Translations under genes and position numbers: made by a program
Assembly: GCA_050258755.1 (NCBI GenBank)
Contig: JBLMZI010000011.1
Coordinates: 198,751 to 262,750 of the forward strand
Reading direction: 5' to 3'
Length of the DNA stretch: 64,000 nucleotides
DNA from: Solirubrobacterales bacterium
GTDB taxonomy: Bacteria; Bacillota; Syntrophomonadia; Syntrophomonadales; DTU052
Part shown: positions 1-9,700 of the stretch, in pieces
Numbering within the stretch: position 1 is the stretch's first letter
How the letters are laid out: the number at the start of each line of letters is the position of its first letter
Notes under the pieces: model-generated
What the model was told of the DNA's origin: nothing
The model's database searches: none
Seen by the model: the letters and a program-made list of their open reading frames with translations, nothing else

Positions 1-1
1 A

Positions 2-403
2 ATCCGCGAACTCAAAGAGATGGGTGTCACCGTTTTGCTGACCACGCATTATATGGAAGAAGCGTTTCAGATCAGCGACCGGGTGATCATCATGGATAAG
101 GGGAAAAAGATCCTGGAAGGGAACCCGCGCAAATTGCTGGCGGATAACCTGGAAAACTTCGTTTTGGAGATTTACGGGTTCCCCTGGATGGAGGCCGGCG
201 AACAGTTTGCCCGGGCGGCCGAACCCGAGGCGGGAATTCGGCACGAGATTTACCAAGAGACCCTGTTTGTTTACAGCAATGACGCGGCCCAGCTGAAACG
301 GCTGGCCGAGACGCTGGCCATCAGCGATTATCATGTCCGCCAGGCCAATCTGGAGGATGTATTCCTGAAAGTGACCGGGAGGAGTCTCAATGAACTACAG
401 TGA
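2..403 (+). CDS. ABC transporter ATP-binding protein, C-terminal part (5' end lies outside the window)
   Basis: The frame is open from the window edge. LLTTHYMEEA and DRVIIMDKGK are typical of the ABC ATPase H-loop region, with a NodI/DrrA-like C-terminal extension. It overlaps the downstream ABC-2 permease by 14 nt. Confidence 0.85.
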   Translation: MRELKEMGVTVLLTTHYMEEAFQISDRVIIMDKGKKILEGNPRKLLADNLENFVLEIYGFPWMEAGEQFARAAEPEAGIRHEIYQETLFVYSNDAAQLKRLAETLAISDYHVRQANLEDVFLKVTGRSLNELQ

Positions 404-1181
404 TACCGCAAGCGTCCCATCGTTCTGGCGCCGGGTGCGCAGCGTCTGGTACCGGCACGAGCGGGTCTATAATACGAATTTTATCAGCAATGCGTTTCCG
501 CCCCTGTTAGAGCCGCTGATCCTGCTCTGGGCCCTGGGTATCGGCTTTGGCGCATATATTCAAACCATGGGTTCAATAAGCTATATTCTGTTTCTTGCCA
601 GCGGGATCATTGTAACCAGTTCGATGTTTACGGCGGCGTTCGAGTGCACTTATGGCACGTATTTCAGGCTGGAATATGAACATGTTTACGACGGCATGCT
701 TGGCGCGCCGGTTTCCCCGACCGATCTGGTTCTGGGGGAGATCCTGTTTGCCGGGACTAAGGGATTGATTTTTTCTTTCGTGGTTCTGCTGGTGACCTGG
801 GCCGCAGGGGTGATCACTTATCCACTCAGCATTCTGGCGGTCTTTGTCGGCTTCATCACCGGGCTGATGTTTGGGGCCCTGTCGATGTGGGTCACCTCCA
901 TGATTCAAAACATCAACCACTTCAATTTCTATCTGACCGGGATGATCACGCCCATGTTCTATTTCTCCGGCGCGATCTTTCCGATCGAGAATTTGCCCCG
1001 GAGCATGCGCGTGGTGGCGGAAGTAATTCCCTTGACCCATACGGTGCGGCTGGCGCGCGCCTTTTGCGTGCCGGGGCGGCTGGATCCAGTGCTGGGCTGG
1101 GACCTTGCGTACTGCGTCATTTTCGTTTTGATTGCGGGCGGGTTGGCTTTGTACGGCATCCGGAAACGGGTGATCGATTAG
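390..1181 (+). CDS. ABC-2 type transporter permease (NodJ/DrrB-like)
   Basis: 263 aa with about 6 hydrophobic helices. It is translationally coupled to the upstream ATPase, and the length and topology fit the ABC-2 family. Confidence 0.8.
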   Translation: MNYSDTASVPSFWRRVRSVWYRHERVYNTNFISNAFPPLLEPLILLWALGIGFGAYIQTMGSISYILFLASGIIVTSSMFTAAFECTYGTYFRLEYEHVYDGMLGAPVSPTDLVLGEILFAGTKGLIFSFVVLLVTWAAGVITYPLSILAVFVGFITGLMFGALSMWVTSMIQNINHFNFYLTGMITPMFYFSGAIFPIENLPRSMRVVAEVIPLTHTVRLARAFCVPGRLDPVLGWDLAYCVIFVLIAGGLALYGIRKRVID

Positions 1182-1220
1182 GAACGAAAAGAAACGGGTT
1201 GGAATGAAGGAGACATTATC

Positions 1221-2150
1221 ATGGGGAAAAAGGGGAAACTGTTTGGCTTGGGAATCCTGCTGTTGGTGTTCCTATTCGGTGTTGTCTGGTACGGCTTTTC
1301 GGATCTGATGGCCGACTGGATGGTTCAATCGGAGCGGGCAAAAGCCGGCCTGGCGCAAAAGGCGGTTACCGTTGCGGATCACCGGATTGTCTACCTGGAT
1401 GGCGGAAAAGGGGAAACCGTGGTTCTGGTCCATGGATTTGGCGGCGACAAGGATAACTGGACCCGCTTTGCCGGCCAACTGACCGGAAACTACCATGTCA
1501 TAGCGGTTGATTTGCCGGGATTCGGGGAAAGTACCCGGGATCCGAAAGCCAGCTACACGTATGAGCTGCAGGTTGAGCGGCTGCACGCGCTGTTTGAAAA
1601 GCTGAACCTGAACCAGGTGAATCTGGTGGGCAACTCGATGGGTGGCCAGATCGTCGGCCTTTATGCGGTGACTTATCCCGAGCAGGTAAAAAGCGTCTCC
1701 TTTTTCGATGCCGCCGGGGTTGTGTCGCCAAAGCCGTCCGAACTGACCAAAGCTCTGAATCAAAGCCGAAATCCGCTGCTGGTCAACAAGGAAGAGGATT
1801 TTGACCGGCTGATTGCCTTCAATTTCTCAAATCCCCCTTACATACCCGGCCCACTGAAACAGAGCTTTGCGAAAGCCGCGGTAGCGCACCGCGCGTTTAA
1901 CCAGAAGATCTTTAACGAAATCATTGGAGGCACCGGGAAGTTGCAGCCCCGCCTGGGCGAAATAAAAGCTCCGTCTTTGATACTTTGGGGCGCGGAAGAC
2001 CGGGTGCTGGATCCGTCCAGCGTACCTGTCTTTGAAGCGGGCTTAAAGGACCATACCACCGTAATTCTTCCCAACTGCGGCCATCTGCCGATGTTGGAAT
2101 TGCCGACGGAAAGCGAGAAAGCTTACCGGGACTTTCTCACAAAGGATTGA
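1221..2150 (+). CDS. Alpha/beta hydrolase with N-terminal membrane anchor
   Basis: HGFGG oxyanion motif, GNSMGG nucleophile elbow and a C-terminal GH. There is an N-terminal TM helix, and the SD GAAGGAG sits upstream of the ATG. Confidence 0.85.
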   Translation: MGKKGKLFGLGILLLVFLFGVVWYGFSDLMADWMVQSERAKAGLAQKAVTVADHRIVYLDGGKGETVVLVHGFGGDKDNWTRFAGQLTGNYHVIAVDLPGFGESTRDPKASYTYELQVERLHALFEKLNLNQVNLVGNSMGGQIVGLYAVTYPEQVKSVSFFDAAGVVSPKPSELTKALNQSRNPLLVNKEEDFDRLIAFNFSNPPYIPGPLKQSFAKAAVAHRAFNQKIFNEIIGGTGKLQPRLGEIKAPSLILWGAEDRVLDPSSVPVFEAGLKDHTTVILPNCGHLPMLELPTESEKAYRDFLTKD

Positions 2151-2186
2151 GCGCAGTACTGCCGGGAAATGCGCTGATTAGGATAC

Positions 2187-2214
2187 AAAGCCGCCCATTG
2201 TGGGCGGCTTTTTC
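2187..2214. terminator. Rho-independent terminator between convergent genes
   Basis: Hairpin AAAGCCGCCC-attgt-GGGCGGCTTT followed by a T run, preceded by an A-rich stretch. It lies between the stop at 2150 (+) and the stop at 2244 (-). Confidence 0.75.
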
Positions 2215-2243
2215 GTTCTAGCCTGGCAGCAAAACGATAAACG

Positions 2244-3422
2244 CTAAATCACACCATCCCGCTTAAGTTTGGACACGTCGGTACTGCTGTAGCCCAGCTC
2301 AGTCAACACATCCTCATTATGTTCCCCCGATTGCGGAAACTGAAGCTTGACCTGCCCGGGAGACTCGGACATTTTAAACGGAACGCCGGTGACCACAAGA
2401 TCGCGGTCGGTTCCGTGGAATCCCGCAATGCGATGAACCATTTCTCGGGCCACAACCTGGGGATGCCGGGTCATTTCCTCAAGCGTCAGCACCGGGGTCA
2501 GGCAGGGATCGCTGTCGGCGAAAAGCGCGACCCATTCGTTAAGGGTCCGGCCTGCGGTCACGGAGCGGATATCAGCGATCATTTCCTGCTGCATTCCGGG
2601 AGTCCACTGGTGCGGCACATACTGCGAACGGCCGAGGGTATTGCAGAAGTGGGCCCAAAAGCGTTCTTCAAGGGCAGCCAGGGTGAAATACCGGCCGTCG
2701 GAAGTCGGATAGACATTGTAGAAGGCCATGCCGCCGGTAAAGGTATCGCCGCCGCGTTCGGGCAGAACGCCATTGCCGAACCAGCAGCCCATGATATAGA
2801 CCAGCAGCTGAATTGAGCCGTCCAGCATGGAAACATCGATATACTGCCCCTGTCCAGTGCGTTCCCGGTGGAAAAGTGCCATCATCACGGCGATTACCGC
2901 ATTCATGGTGCCGCCGGTGATGGCGCCGGTCTGCGCTGCCGAAAGGGCGGGCATTCCCTGATCGGTTCCGGTCAATCCGGTCACGCCGGCCAGGCTCAAG
3001 AAATTAATGTCATGGGCCGGGCGGTCGGCAAGCGGTCCGGTTTGCCCGTAACTGGTCAGGGAACAGTAAATCAGACGCGGGTTGACCGAACGCAGCGATT
3101 CATAATCCAGCCCGAGTTTTTTCATGACACCGGGTCGAAACTGTTCCATGACGATATCGGCATTCGCGGCCAGCTTCCGGAAAATCTCCTTGCCTTCCGG
3201 GGCTTTAAGGTTCAGCGTCAGGCTTTTTTTATTCCGGTTTACGCCGGGGAAACAGGCGCTTTCCCCGTTCACCACAGGCTGCATCAAGCGGCCCAATTCG
3301 CCGCCCGGTTCCTCGATTTTAATGACTTCGGCGCCAAAGTCGGCTAAAAACTGGGTGCAAAACGGACCTGCCAGATACCGGGTCAGGTCCAGAACTTTGA
3401 TTCCATTCAATGGCAAAGTCAT
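2244..3422 (-). CDS. Family III CoA-transferase (CaiB/BaiF / alpha-methylacyl-CoA racemase family)
   Basis: GIKVLDLTRYLAGPFCTQFLADFGAEVIKIE is the family III N-terminal signature. The start was trimmed to the ATG preceded by AGGGGGA (Met7 of the track ORF). Confidence 0.88.
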   Translation of the reverse strand: MTLPLNGIKVLDLTRYLAGPFCTQFLADFGAEVIKIEEPGGELGRLMQPVVNGESACFPGVNRNKKSLTLNLKAPEGKEIFRKLAANADIVMEQFRPGVMKKLGLDYESLRSVNPRLIYCSLTSYGQTGPLADRPAHDINFLSLAGVTGLTGTDQGMPALSAAQTGAITGGTMNAVIAVMMALFHRERTGQGQYIDVSMLDGSIQLLVYIMGCWFGNGVLPERGGDTFTGGMAFYNVYPTSDGRYFTLAALEERFWAHFCNTLGRSQYVPHQWTPGMQQEMIADIRSVTAGRTLNEWVALFADSDPCLTPVLTLEEMTRHPQVVAREMVHRIAGFHGTDRDLVVTGVPFKMSESPGQVKLQFPQSGEHNEDVLTELGYSSTDVSKLKRDGVI

Positions 3423-3630
3423 GTGCAATCCCCCTAACACTGCGATAGATGATCATTCGATGCGGCGGTGCTTTTATCCTTTCCGTTTCACGCAGGGTCA
3501 ACCCACCGACAAATTGCGCGGATACAAATTTGTAACAAACAGGAAAAAGCAAGCTCATATTCTTTCGTTAGGATCGGTATAACGGCATGCCGGACCGGGG
3601 AGTCCGGAACGAAGAAAGCGAGGGGTTTGG

Positions 3631-4779
3631 ATGAAGATCGGTCAATGGGGCAAACGGGTGGTTGCGGTTGGATTGATTCTAGCCATGGCCGGGGTCGGGC
3701 TGATGGTCAATCCTATGACGGCACAGGCTGACAATCACGGCCGCGGCAAAGGAAAAGGCAGGGTGACTGTCAACCAGCAATGCAGTATTCAGATTGACAT
3801 CGACAATCAGTATCGCCGGGCGCATATTTCCACACAAAAGCCGGTACAGGGGCAGAAAGGGTTTGGCGGGATCTGGTCAACACCCTGGGGTGAGATGCGG
3901 TTATCCCAAGCCGGCGGCAAGGTGACCGGGACCTACGCGAAGAACCAGGGAAGGATTACAGGAACGGCCGCCGGTCTGACGCTGGTCGGGACCTGGTCCG
4001 AAGCGCCCGATTATTCGGTGCCGGACCACGCGGGATCGGTACTGTTCATCCTGCGTCCGAATGGGAAAGCATTCGCTGGCTGGTACCGGGAGGGTGCGCT
4101 GGGACCCTGGAAAAGTCTGAGCGCGACCCGGACCGGCACGGTTACGCCGCCGCCAGTGGTTCCGGTAACGCCGCAGCCGGCGAATCCGGCATGGAGCGGG
4201 ACCTGGGCGACCACTTGGGGCGAAATGAAGCTGATCCAGGATGGCACCAAGCTGATCGGAACGTATCAGCATGCGAGCGGAAAAGTTTCGGGAACGTTTA
4301 CGAACCGGACCTTCACCGGGATTTGGTCAGAAGCGCCGGATTATACCGCTCCCTACAACGCCGGCGAACTGGTGCTCTGGCTCTCTGCCGACGGGAAAAC
4401 GCTTACCGGGAAATGGCGTTATGGGACGTCGGGTGATTGGCAGACGAACTGGAAAGGAACCTTGGGCGCGAACGAGACCCCCACCACGGATGCACGGGTT
4501 TGGAGCGGCAGTTGGGCGACCACCCGCGGATTGATGAAACTCACCGTGAGCGGGAACCGGGTAACCGGGACGTTTTCACAGGATAACGGCCAGTTCAGCG
4601 GTACGGTCAGCGGGAACACCCTGACCGGAGTATGGTCAAAATCGCCGACCTATGCCGCGCCGAACGACAGCGGGGACGCGGTCTTGACGATGGGCCAAAG
4701 TGGTAAGAACTTTTCCGGGCAGTGGCGAACCGGAAACTCGGGCGCCTGGCAGACCTGGGACGGGATTCTGGAGTTCTAG
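3631..4779 (+). CDS. Secreted protein of unknown function built from three Trp-rich ~100-aa repeats
   Basis: N-terminal signal peptide ending in an AQA-D AXA-type site, followed by three tandem copies of the W(S/A)xxWGxMxL...GT(Y/F)...G(T/I/V)WSxxPxYxxP...GxW(R/Y)xGxxGxW module. Confidence 0.8.
   Translation: MKIGQWGKRVVAVGLILAMAGVGLMVNPMTAQADNHGRGKGKGRVTVNQQCSIQIDIDNQYRRAHISTQKPVQGQKGFGGIWSTPWGEMRLSQAGGKVTGTYAKNQGRITGTAAGLTLVGTWSEAPDYSVPDHAGSVLFILRPNGKAFAGWYREGALGPWKSLSATRTGTVTPPPVVPVTPQPANPAWSGTWATTWGEMKLIQDGTKLIGTYQHASGKVSGTFTNRTFTGIWSEAPDYTAPYNAGELVLWLSADGKTLTGKWRYGTSGDWQTNWKGTLGANETPTTDARVWSGSWATTRGLMKLTVSGNRVTGTFSQDNGQFSGTVSGNTLTGVWSKSPTYAAPNDSGDAVLTMGQSGKNFSGQWRTGNSGAWQTWDGILEF
3862..4776 (+). 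repeat. Three in-frame tandem coding repeats, period about 310-320 nt
   Basis: Repeat starts are near 3862 (IWSTPWGEMRL), 4188 (AWSGTWATTWGEMKL) and 4498 (VWSGSWATTRGLMKL). The units are divergent at the DNA level and conserved at the motif level. Confidence 0.8.
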
Positions 4780-4827
4780 GCGGTCCAGTCAAACACACTG
4801 AAGATACTCCTCTAAATACAAATGATG

Positions 4828-4864
4828 CCGCCGTTTCTGTAAGTCGGGAACGGCGGTTTTTTTC
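4828..4864 (+). terminator. Rho-independent terminator
   Basis: Stem CCGCCGTTTC/GAACGGCGG followed by TTTTTTT, about 50 nt after the stop at 4779. Confidence 0.8.
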
Positions 4865-5149
4865 GGCTGGCTTCAATGACGATCATCATGAAGCAATAAC
4901 CGATTATTCGCAATTCGGGCGATTTTCCGTTTCGGAAAAGAACTTTCTGAGTCGATTGATATCGAACCGGAATCAATAAAAAGGGTTTTTACCGATAAAC
5001 GTGGAAAAAAACATCAAACACAGTACTGCACAGCTGGATCAAACCTTTGACAAGAACCGGCACCGCCGCAGACGTTCTGTACCACCTGCCGGACTGCCCA
5101 GTTATAGAGAATCAGCCGAAATATCTGTCCGCTTGAGGGAGGGGCTTTT

Positions 5150-7999
5150 GTGTCCAAGCCATGCTTAACTATTCTTGGTGAAGCGTTAATTGCCACAGAT
5201 CCGACTGGAGCGATTACGTCCATGAATCGCGCGGCGCAGCGGCTTATTGGCCGGGGCGAAATGGAATCGATCGGAATCCCGGTCTCTGAATGTATTCGCA
5301 TTCTTGACCGGTATAAACTCCAGCCGATCGAAATTCCCTGGGAATCCGTCCTTCAAGACGAAATCACCCTGATCATCGATCAGCCGGAAACGGCGCTCCG
5401 GATACCCGGTGCCGCACCGCTTCCGGTTTCGCTTCAGATTCTTCCCTACCGGACCCGGATTGATTTATCGGCTGGTCTGCTGGTCATTCTGAATGCGGCT
5501 GACCCGGTCCAGAATCAAACCGGCGATTTCCAGATGTCCCTGGAAGACTACCGGGATCTTTTTGAGAATTCCGGCACCGCCAATCTGGTTCTGGGCGTGG
5601 ACACGACCATTCTGCTGGCGAACGCGGCGGGCACCACGCTTACCGGGTACACCGGCCAGGAACTCAGGGGAATGCGGTGGACCGCATTGGTGCTCCCTGA
5701 GGACTTGGAACGCATTCAATATATTCACCAGACCAGCCGAGGCGAACAAACCTTTGGCCAGATTCAATACGAGTTCCGCCTGCTTCGGCGGGACCGGGAT
5801 ATTCGTGAGGTGCTCGCGACTGTGACCCGCATACCCGGTACGCGGCACAGTGTCGCAACGGTGCTCGATATTACGGAAAGGAACCGGCTTGAACTGGCCT
5901 GGCGCGAATCCGAACAGGTGTATCGGACTGTTTTCGAAAATACCGGAACGGCAACGATTATTATTGAGGCAGATACCACGATTGCGCTCGCCAACAGCGA
6001 AACGCAAAACCTGATGGGATTCACAAAGGAAGAGTTGGAAGGCCGGATGAGCTGGACCAAGCTGATCCATCCCGATGATGTTCAAACCATGATGGGTTAT
6101 CATAAGGCCCGGCGGGAGACCGGTAAGGAAGTCCCGCGAAACTACGATTTCCGTTTGATCACGAAAGACGGGGAGACCAAAAATGTCATGCTTACGGTTG
6201 CGCTCATTCCAGGAACCGGCCGGAGTATCGCATCTTGTCTGGATGTCACCGAAGCCAGAAAGCTGCAGCAGGCCCTGCGCGAATCGGAGCAAATCTATCG
6301 GACCGTGTTTGAGAATACCGGAACCGCAACGATCATGATCGAAGCGGATACGACAATTTCACTGGCTAACAGCGAGTTTATCAGGCAATCCGGGCATTCT
6401 CGGGAAGAACTGATCGGGATGAGCTGGACCAAGCTGGTCCACCCGGACGACCTGAAAATGATGGTGCAGTATCACCAGACGCGGCGGGAACTGCCTGGGG
6501 AGGTTCCACGGACCTACGAATTCCGTTTTGTATCAAAGACCGGCGGCATCACGGACATTTTCCTCACGGTCGCCCTGATTCAGGGAACCGATAAGAGTAT
6601 TGCATCCCTGCAGGATATCACTGAGCGAAAGCGGCTCGAAAAGGCCTTGCGGGAATCAGAGGAGATGTACCGGACGGTCTTCGAAAATACCGGGACCGCG
6701 ACCGTCTTGATCGACAACGACACGACGATCTCATTGGTTAACGAAGAGTTCTCTAAGCTGTACGGCATCAGCAAGGAAGAAATCGAAGGAAAGATGAGCT
6801 GGCTGGACTTCGTTTACGAACCGGACAAGGACTGGATGAGGCAGTACCACGAAGAAAGGCGCCGGTATCCGCTGGGTACGCCCAACCGCTACGAATTCCG
6901 ATTTGTGGGGCGGGATGGAGTGATTCGCAATACCCTCAACTGTGTTGCGATGATCCCGGGAACCAACAAGAGTGTCGCCAGCTTTGTGGACATCAGCGAT
7001 CTGCGCCGGGCTCAGGAGGAGATCCGCGAACTGAATGCGGAATTGGAACAAAAGGTGATCAGCCGGACCCAGGATCTGATGGCAATGAACGAGGAATTGC
7101 AGGCGATGAACGGCGAACTGGTCCAGACCAATTCCACGCTGGCCGAAGAAATCGCTGAGCGGGAGCGGATCGAACAGGCCCTGGAGCAGACCAACCGGGA
7201 ACTGAGCCGGTCGATTGAACAGTTGAAGGTCGCGCAGAGCCAGTTGGTCCAGTCCGAAAAACTGGCGTCCCTGGGAAGCCTGGTCGCCGGGGTTGCCCAT
7301 GAGATCAACACGCCGGTCGGGCTCGGTGTAACAGCCGCATCCACGTTGGATAAAGTGACCCGAGAGTTCACCCGGGCTTATCAAGAAGGGAACGCTGACA
7401 AGCAGGACCTTCTGGAATACCTGGACGATACCAAGACCGCGGTCTCGATCATTCTCCCGAACCTGCAGCGGGCAGCCCGGCTGATCCGCAGTTTCAAGCA
7501 GGTATCGATCGACCAGTCCAGCGAAGTCCGGCGCGAATTCAACGTTCGTGAGTACCTGGACGAAATTTTGTTAAGTCTGCATCCCAAGCTCAAAAAGACT
7601 CAACAAACCGTGGTTATCGATTGCGAGCCGGATATCGAAATCGACAGCTTCCCCGGACCGTTTGCCCAGATCATTACCAATTTGGTGATGAACAGTCTAA
7701 CCCATGCGTTTGAGCCGCAGCAGCCGGGCGAGATCCGGATCAATGCTCGGAATGACGGAGACGATGTCGAAATGGTTTTCTCGGACAATGGCTGTGGGAT
7801 GGCACCGGAGGTGCTGGCCCGTATTTTTGATCCGTTCTATACGACCCGCCGTGGTCAGGGCGGAACCGGGCTGGGGCTTTATATCCTGTACAATATCGTC
7901 ACCATGCAGTTCGGCGGAACGATCCAATGTGAGAGCGAGCCGGGCAAAGGAACGGTGTTTACGATTCGATTTCCCGCGAGAAAGGAGGCCGCTTCATGA
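5150..7999 (+). CDS. Multi-PAS sensor histidine kinase (cytoplasmic, five PAS domains)
   Basis: GTG start five nt after GGGAGGGG. It has one N-terminal PAS plus four tandem PAS units, a coiled coil, the H-box VAGVAHEINTPVG, and HATPase boxes NLVMNSLTHA, DNGCGM and GTGLGLYI. Confidence 0.92.
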   Translation: MSKPCLTILGEALIATDPTGAITSMNRAAQRLIGRGEMESIGIPVSECIRILDRYKLQPIEIPWESVLQDEITLIIDQPETALRIPGAAPLPVSLQILPYRTRIDLSAGLLVILNAADPVQNQTGDFQMSLEDYRDLFENSGTANLVLGVDTTILLANAAGTTLTGYTGQELRGMRWTALVLPEDLERIQYIHQTSRGEQTFGQIQYEFRLLRRDRDIREVLATVTRIPGTRHSVATVLDITERNRLELAWRESEQVYRTVFENTGTATIIIEADTTIALANSETQNLMGFTKEELEGRMSWTKLIHPDDVQTMMGYHKARRETGKEVPRNYDFRLITKDGETKNVMLTVALIPGTGRSIASCLDVTEARKLQQALRESEQIYRTVFENTGTATIMIEADTTISLANSEFIRQSGHSREELIGMSWTKLVHPDDLKMMVQYHQTRRELPGEVPRTYEFRFVSKTGGITDIFLTVALIQGTDKSIASLQDITERKRLEKALRESEEMYRTVFENTGTATVLIDNDTTISLVNEEFSKLYGISKEEIEGKMSWLDFVYEPDKDWMRQYHEERRRYPLGTPNRYEFRFVGRDGVIRNTLNCVAMIPGTNKSVASFVDISDLRRAQEEIRELNAELEQKVISRTQDLMAMNEELQAMNGELVQTNSTLAEEIAERERIEQALEQTNRELSRSIEQLKVAQSQLVQSEKLASLGSLVAGVAHEINTPVGLGVTAASTLDKVTREFTRAYQEGNADKQDLLEYLDDTKTAVSIILPNLQRAARLIRSFKQVSIDQSSEVRREFNVREYLDEILLSLHPKLKKTQQTVVIDCEPDIEIDSFPGPFAQIITNLVMNSLTHAFEPQQPGEIRINARNDGDDVEMVFSDNGCGMAPEVLARIFDPFYTTRRGQGGTGLGLYILYNIVTMQFGGTIQCESEPGKGTVFTIRFPARKEAAS
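5540..7021 (+). repeat. Four tandem PAS-encoding units (~372-375 nt period)
   Basis: Units start near 5540, 5903, 6278 and 6650. The last three share RESE(Q/E)xYRTVFENTGTAT...DTTIxLxN...MSWxxxxHPDD...Y(D/E)FRxxxxxG... almost in register. Confidence 0.85.
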
Positions 8000-9582
8000 A
8001 CGACCGCGAACGAGAGCCGATTTTTAAACCCAAGAACGAAGCGGGCCGCAATGATGCAGTGAGATCCGCAGAACCGGCGGCACCACCCTGGAAGGTGCTG
8101 ATGGTGGATGACGAGGAAGAGGTCCATCGCGCCACGCGATGGGTTTTTCGGCGGCTTGATTTCGACGAACGGCCCATTGAATTTTTAAGCGCCCGGTCAG
8201 CGGAGGAAGCCAAGGTTATTCTCAATGAGCATCCGGACATCGCGATTATCCTGCTGGATGTGGTGATGGAACAAGAGGACGCGGGACTCAAGCTGGTGCA
8301 TTATATCCGGCAAGAGCTGAATAATAAAATGATCCGCATAATCCTGCGAACCGGGCAGCCTGGTCAGGCGCCGGAAATTGAGGTCATGCGCTACTACGAC
8401 ATCAACGACTACAAAGAGAAAACCGAATTGACCTCGGAAAAACTCTTTACCACCATCATCAGCGGGCTCCGGTCCTACCGGGACTTGAGCATTATCGATC
8501 ACAATCGGAAGGGCCTGCAGAAAATCATTGAGTCTCTTTCCGGGATTTATGAGATCCAGAGCATCAGCAAGCTGGCGTCAGGGGCTTTGGAGCAGCTGGC
8601 GGCGGTGCTTCGGCTGGGGCCGGATGCCCTATATGGGACGACATCCGCATCCGGAATGGCGGTTTCGGGCAGCGTGGACGGGGAATTCAAGGTGCTGGCG
8701 GCAACCGGTGATTATGGATGGATGATTGGCAAAACGATCAATGGCGGTGTTCCGCAACAGGTGCTGCAGGACATCGATGCGGTATTGCAGCAAAAGCACA
8801 CCCTGTTTTTCCCGAACCGGTTCGTGGTCTATTTCCGCAGCCGGCAGGGGTCTGACAATATCATCTACATGGAAGGGATTCAGCAGTTAAACGAATGGGA
8901 ACGCGATCTGGTCGAAGTTTTCTGCATGAATGTTTCGGTTGCGTTCGATAATGTTCAACTGAATCAGGAGATTGTCGCAACCCAGAAGGAGATCATATTT
9001 ACCCTGGGCGAGGTGGCCGAAGCCCGCTCCTATGAAACCGGGCAGCATGTTAAGCGGGTCGCCGAGTATGCGAAACTGCTCGCGGTTAAGTACGGGCTGC
9101 CCACGGAGGAAGCGGAACTGCTGCGGCTGGCGGCGCCGACCCATGATGTGGGCAAGCTGGCCATCGCGGACGCGATCCTGCATAAGCCCGCGAAGCTGAC
9201 CGCGGAAGAGTTTGCGGCCATGAAGGCGCATTGTGAAGTAGGGCATAAAATGCTCTTCAAGTCAGACCGGTCACTGCTTCGCAACGGGGCGCTGATTGCG
9301 AAGCAGCATCATGAAAAGTGGGATGGCACCGGCTATCCGGAAGGATTGATCGGGGAGCAGATTCACATCTACGGCCGGATCGTTGCGCTCGCTGACGTGT
9401 TTGACGCCCTGGGGAGTCACCGAGTGTACAAACAGCCTTGGCCGCTCGACGAGATTTTGGATTATATCAAGGTTGAGCGCGGACGCCATTTCGATCCGAA
9501 ACTGGTGGACATCTTCTTTGATAACCTGGAGGAAATCCTGGCGATCCGGAAGGCTTACCCGGATGAAACGGACGAGAAGTGA
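7996..9582 (+). CDS. Response regulator with HD-GYP phosphodiesterase output domain
   Basis: ATGA overlap with the kinase stop. It has an REC domain (VLMVDDEEE...ILLDVVM...K), a ~160-aa linker domain, and HD-GYP motifs HDVGKLAI and HHEKWDGTGYP. Confidence 0.9.
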   Translation: MNDREREPIFKPKNEAGRNDAVRSAEPAAPPWKVLMVDDEEEVHRATRWVFRRLDFDERPIEFLSARSAEEAKVILNEHPDIAIILLDVVMEQEDAGLKLVHYIRQELNNKMIRIILRTGQPGQAPEIEVMRYYDINDYKEKTELTSEKLFTTIISGLRSYRDLSIIDHNRKGLQKIIESLSGIYEIQSISKLASGALEQLAAVLRLGPDALYGTTSASGMAVSGSVDGEFKVLAATGDYGWMIGKTINGGVPQQVLQDIDAVLQQKHTLFFPNRFVVYFRSRQGSDNIIYMEGIQQLNEWERDLVEVFCMNVSVAFDNVQLNQEIVATQKEIIFTLGEVAEARSYETGQHVKRVAEYAKLLAVKYGLPTEEAELLRLAAPTHDVGKLAIADAILHKPAKLTAEEFAAMKAHCEVGHKMLFKSDRSLLRNGALIAKQHHEKWDGTGYPEGLIGEQIHIYGRIVALADVFDALGSHRVYKQPWPLDEILDYIKVERGRHFDPKLVDIFFDNLEEILAIRKAYPDETDEK

Positions 9583-9700
9583 GATGAAGTGAAAGGCCCG
9601 CAAGTGGTTCTGAGTAAAAGCTTCCCACCCGGAACAGGCTGGTAAAAGGCCAACGGGTGGGTCAATTGTTTTTGCGGAATAGACGAAGGAGGATACCCCT

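Noticed and set aside
3524-3533. A perfect 10-bp palindrome ACAAATTTGT, with a nearby ACAAATT direct repeat, in the divergent region between the CoA-transferase and the secreted repeat protein
   Set aside because: It is too short and AT-rich to distinguish from chance. No cognate regulator is evident.
5465-7384. Long minus-strand ORFs (275 aa and 217 aa) inside the histidine kinase gene
   Set aside because: These are antisense shadow ORFs with low-complexity, Arg-rich translations. The plus strand carries clear PAS and kinase motifs.
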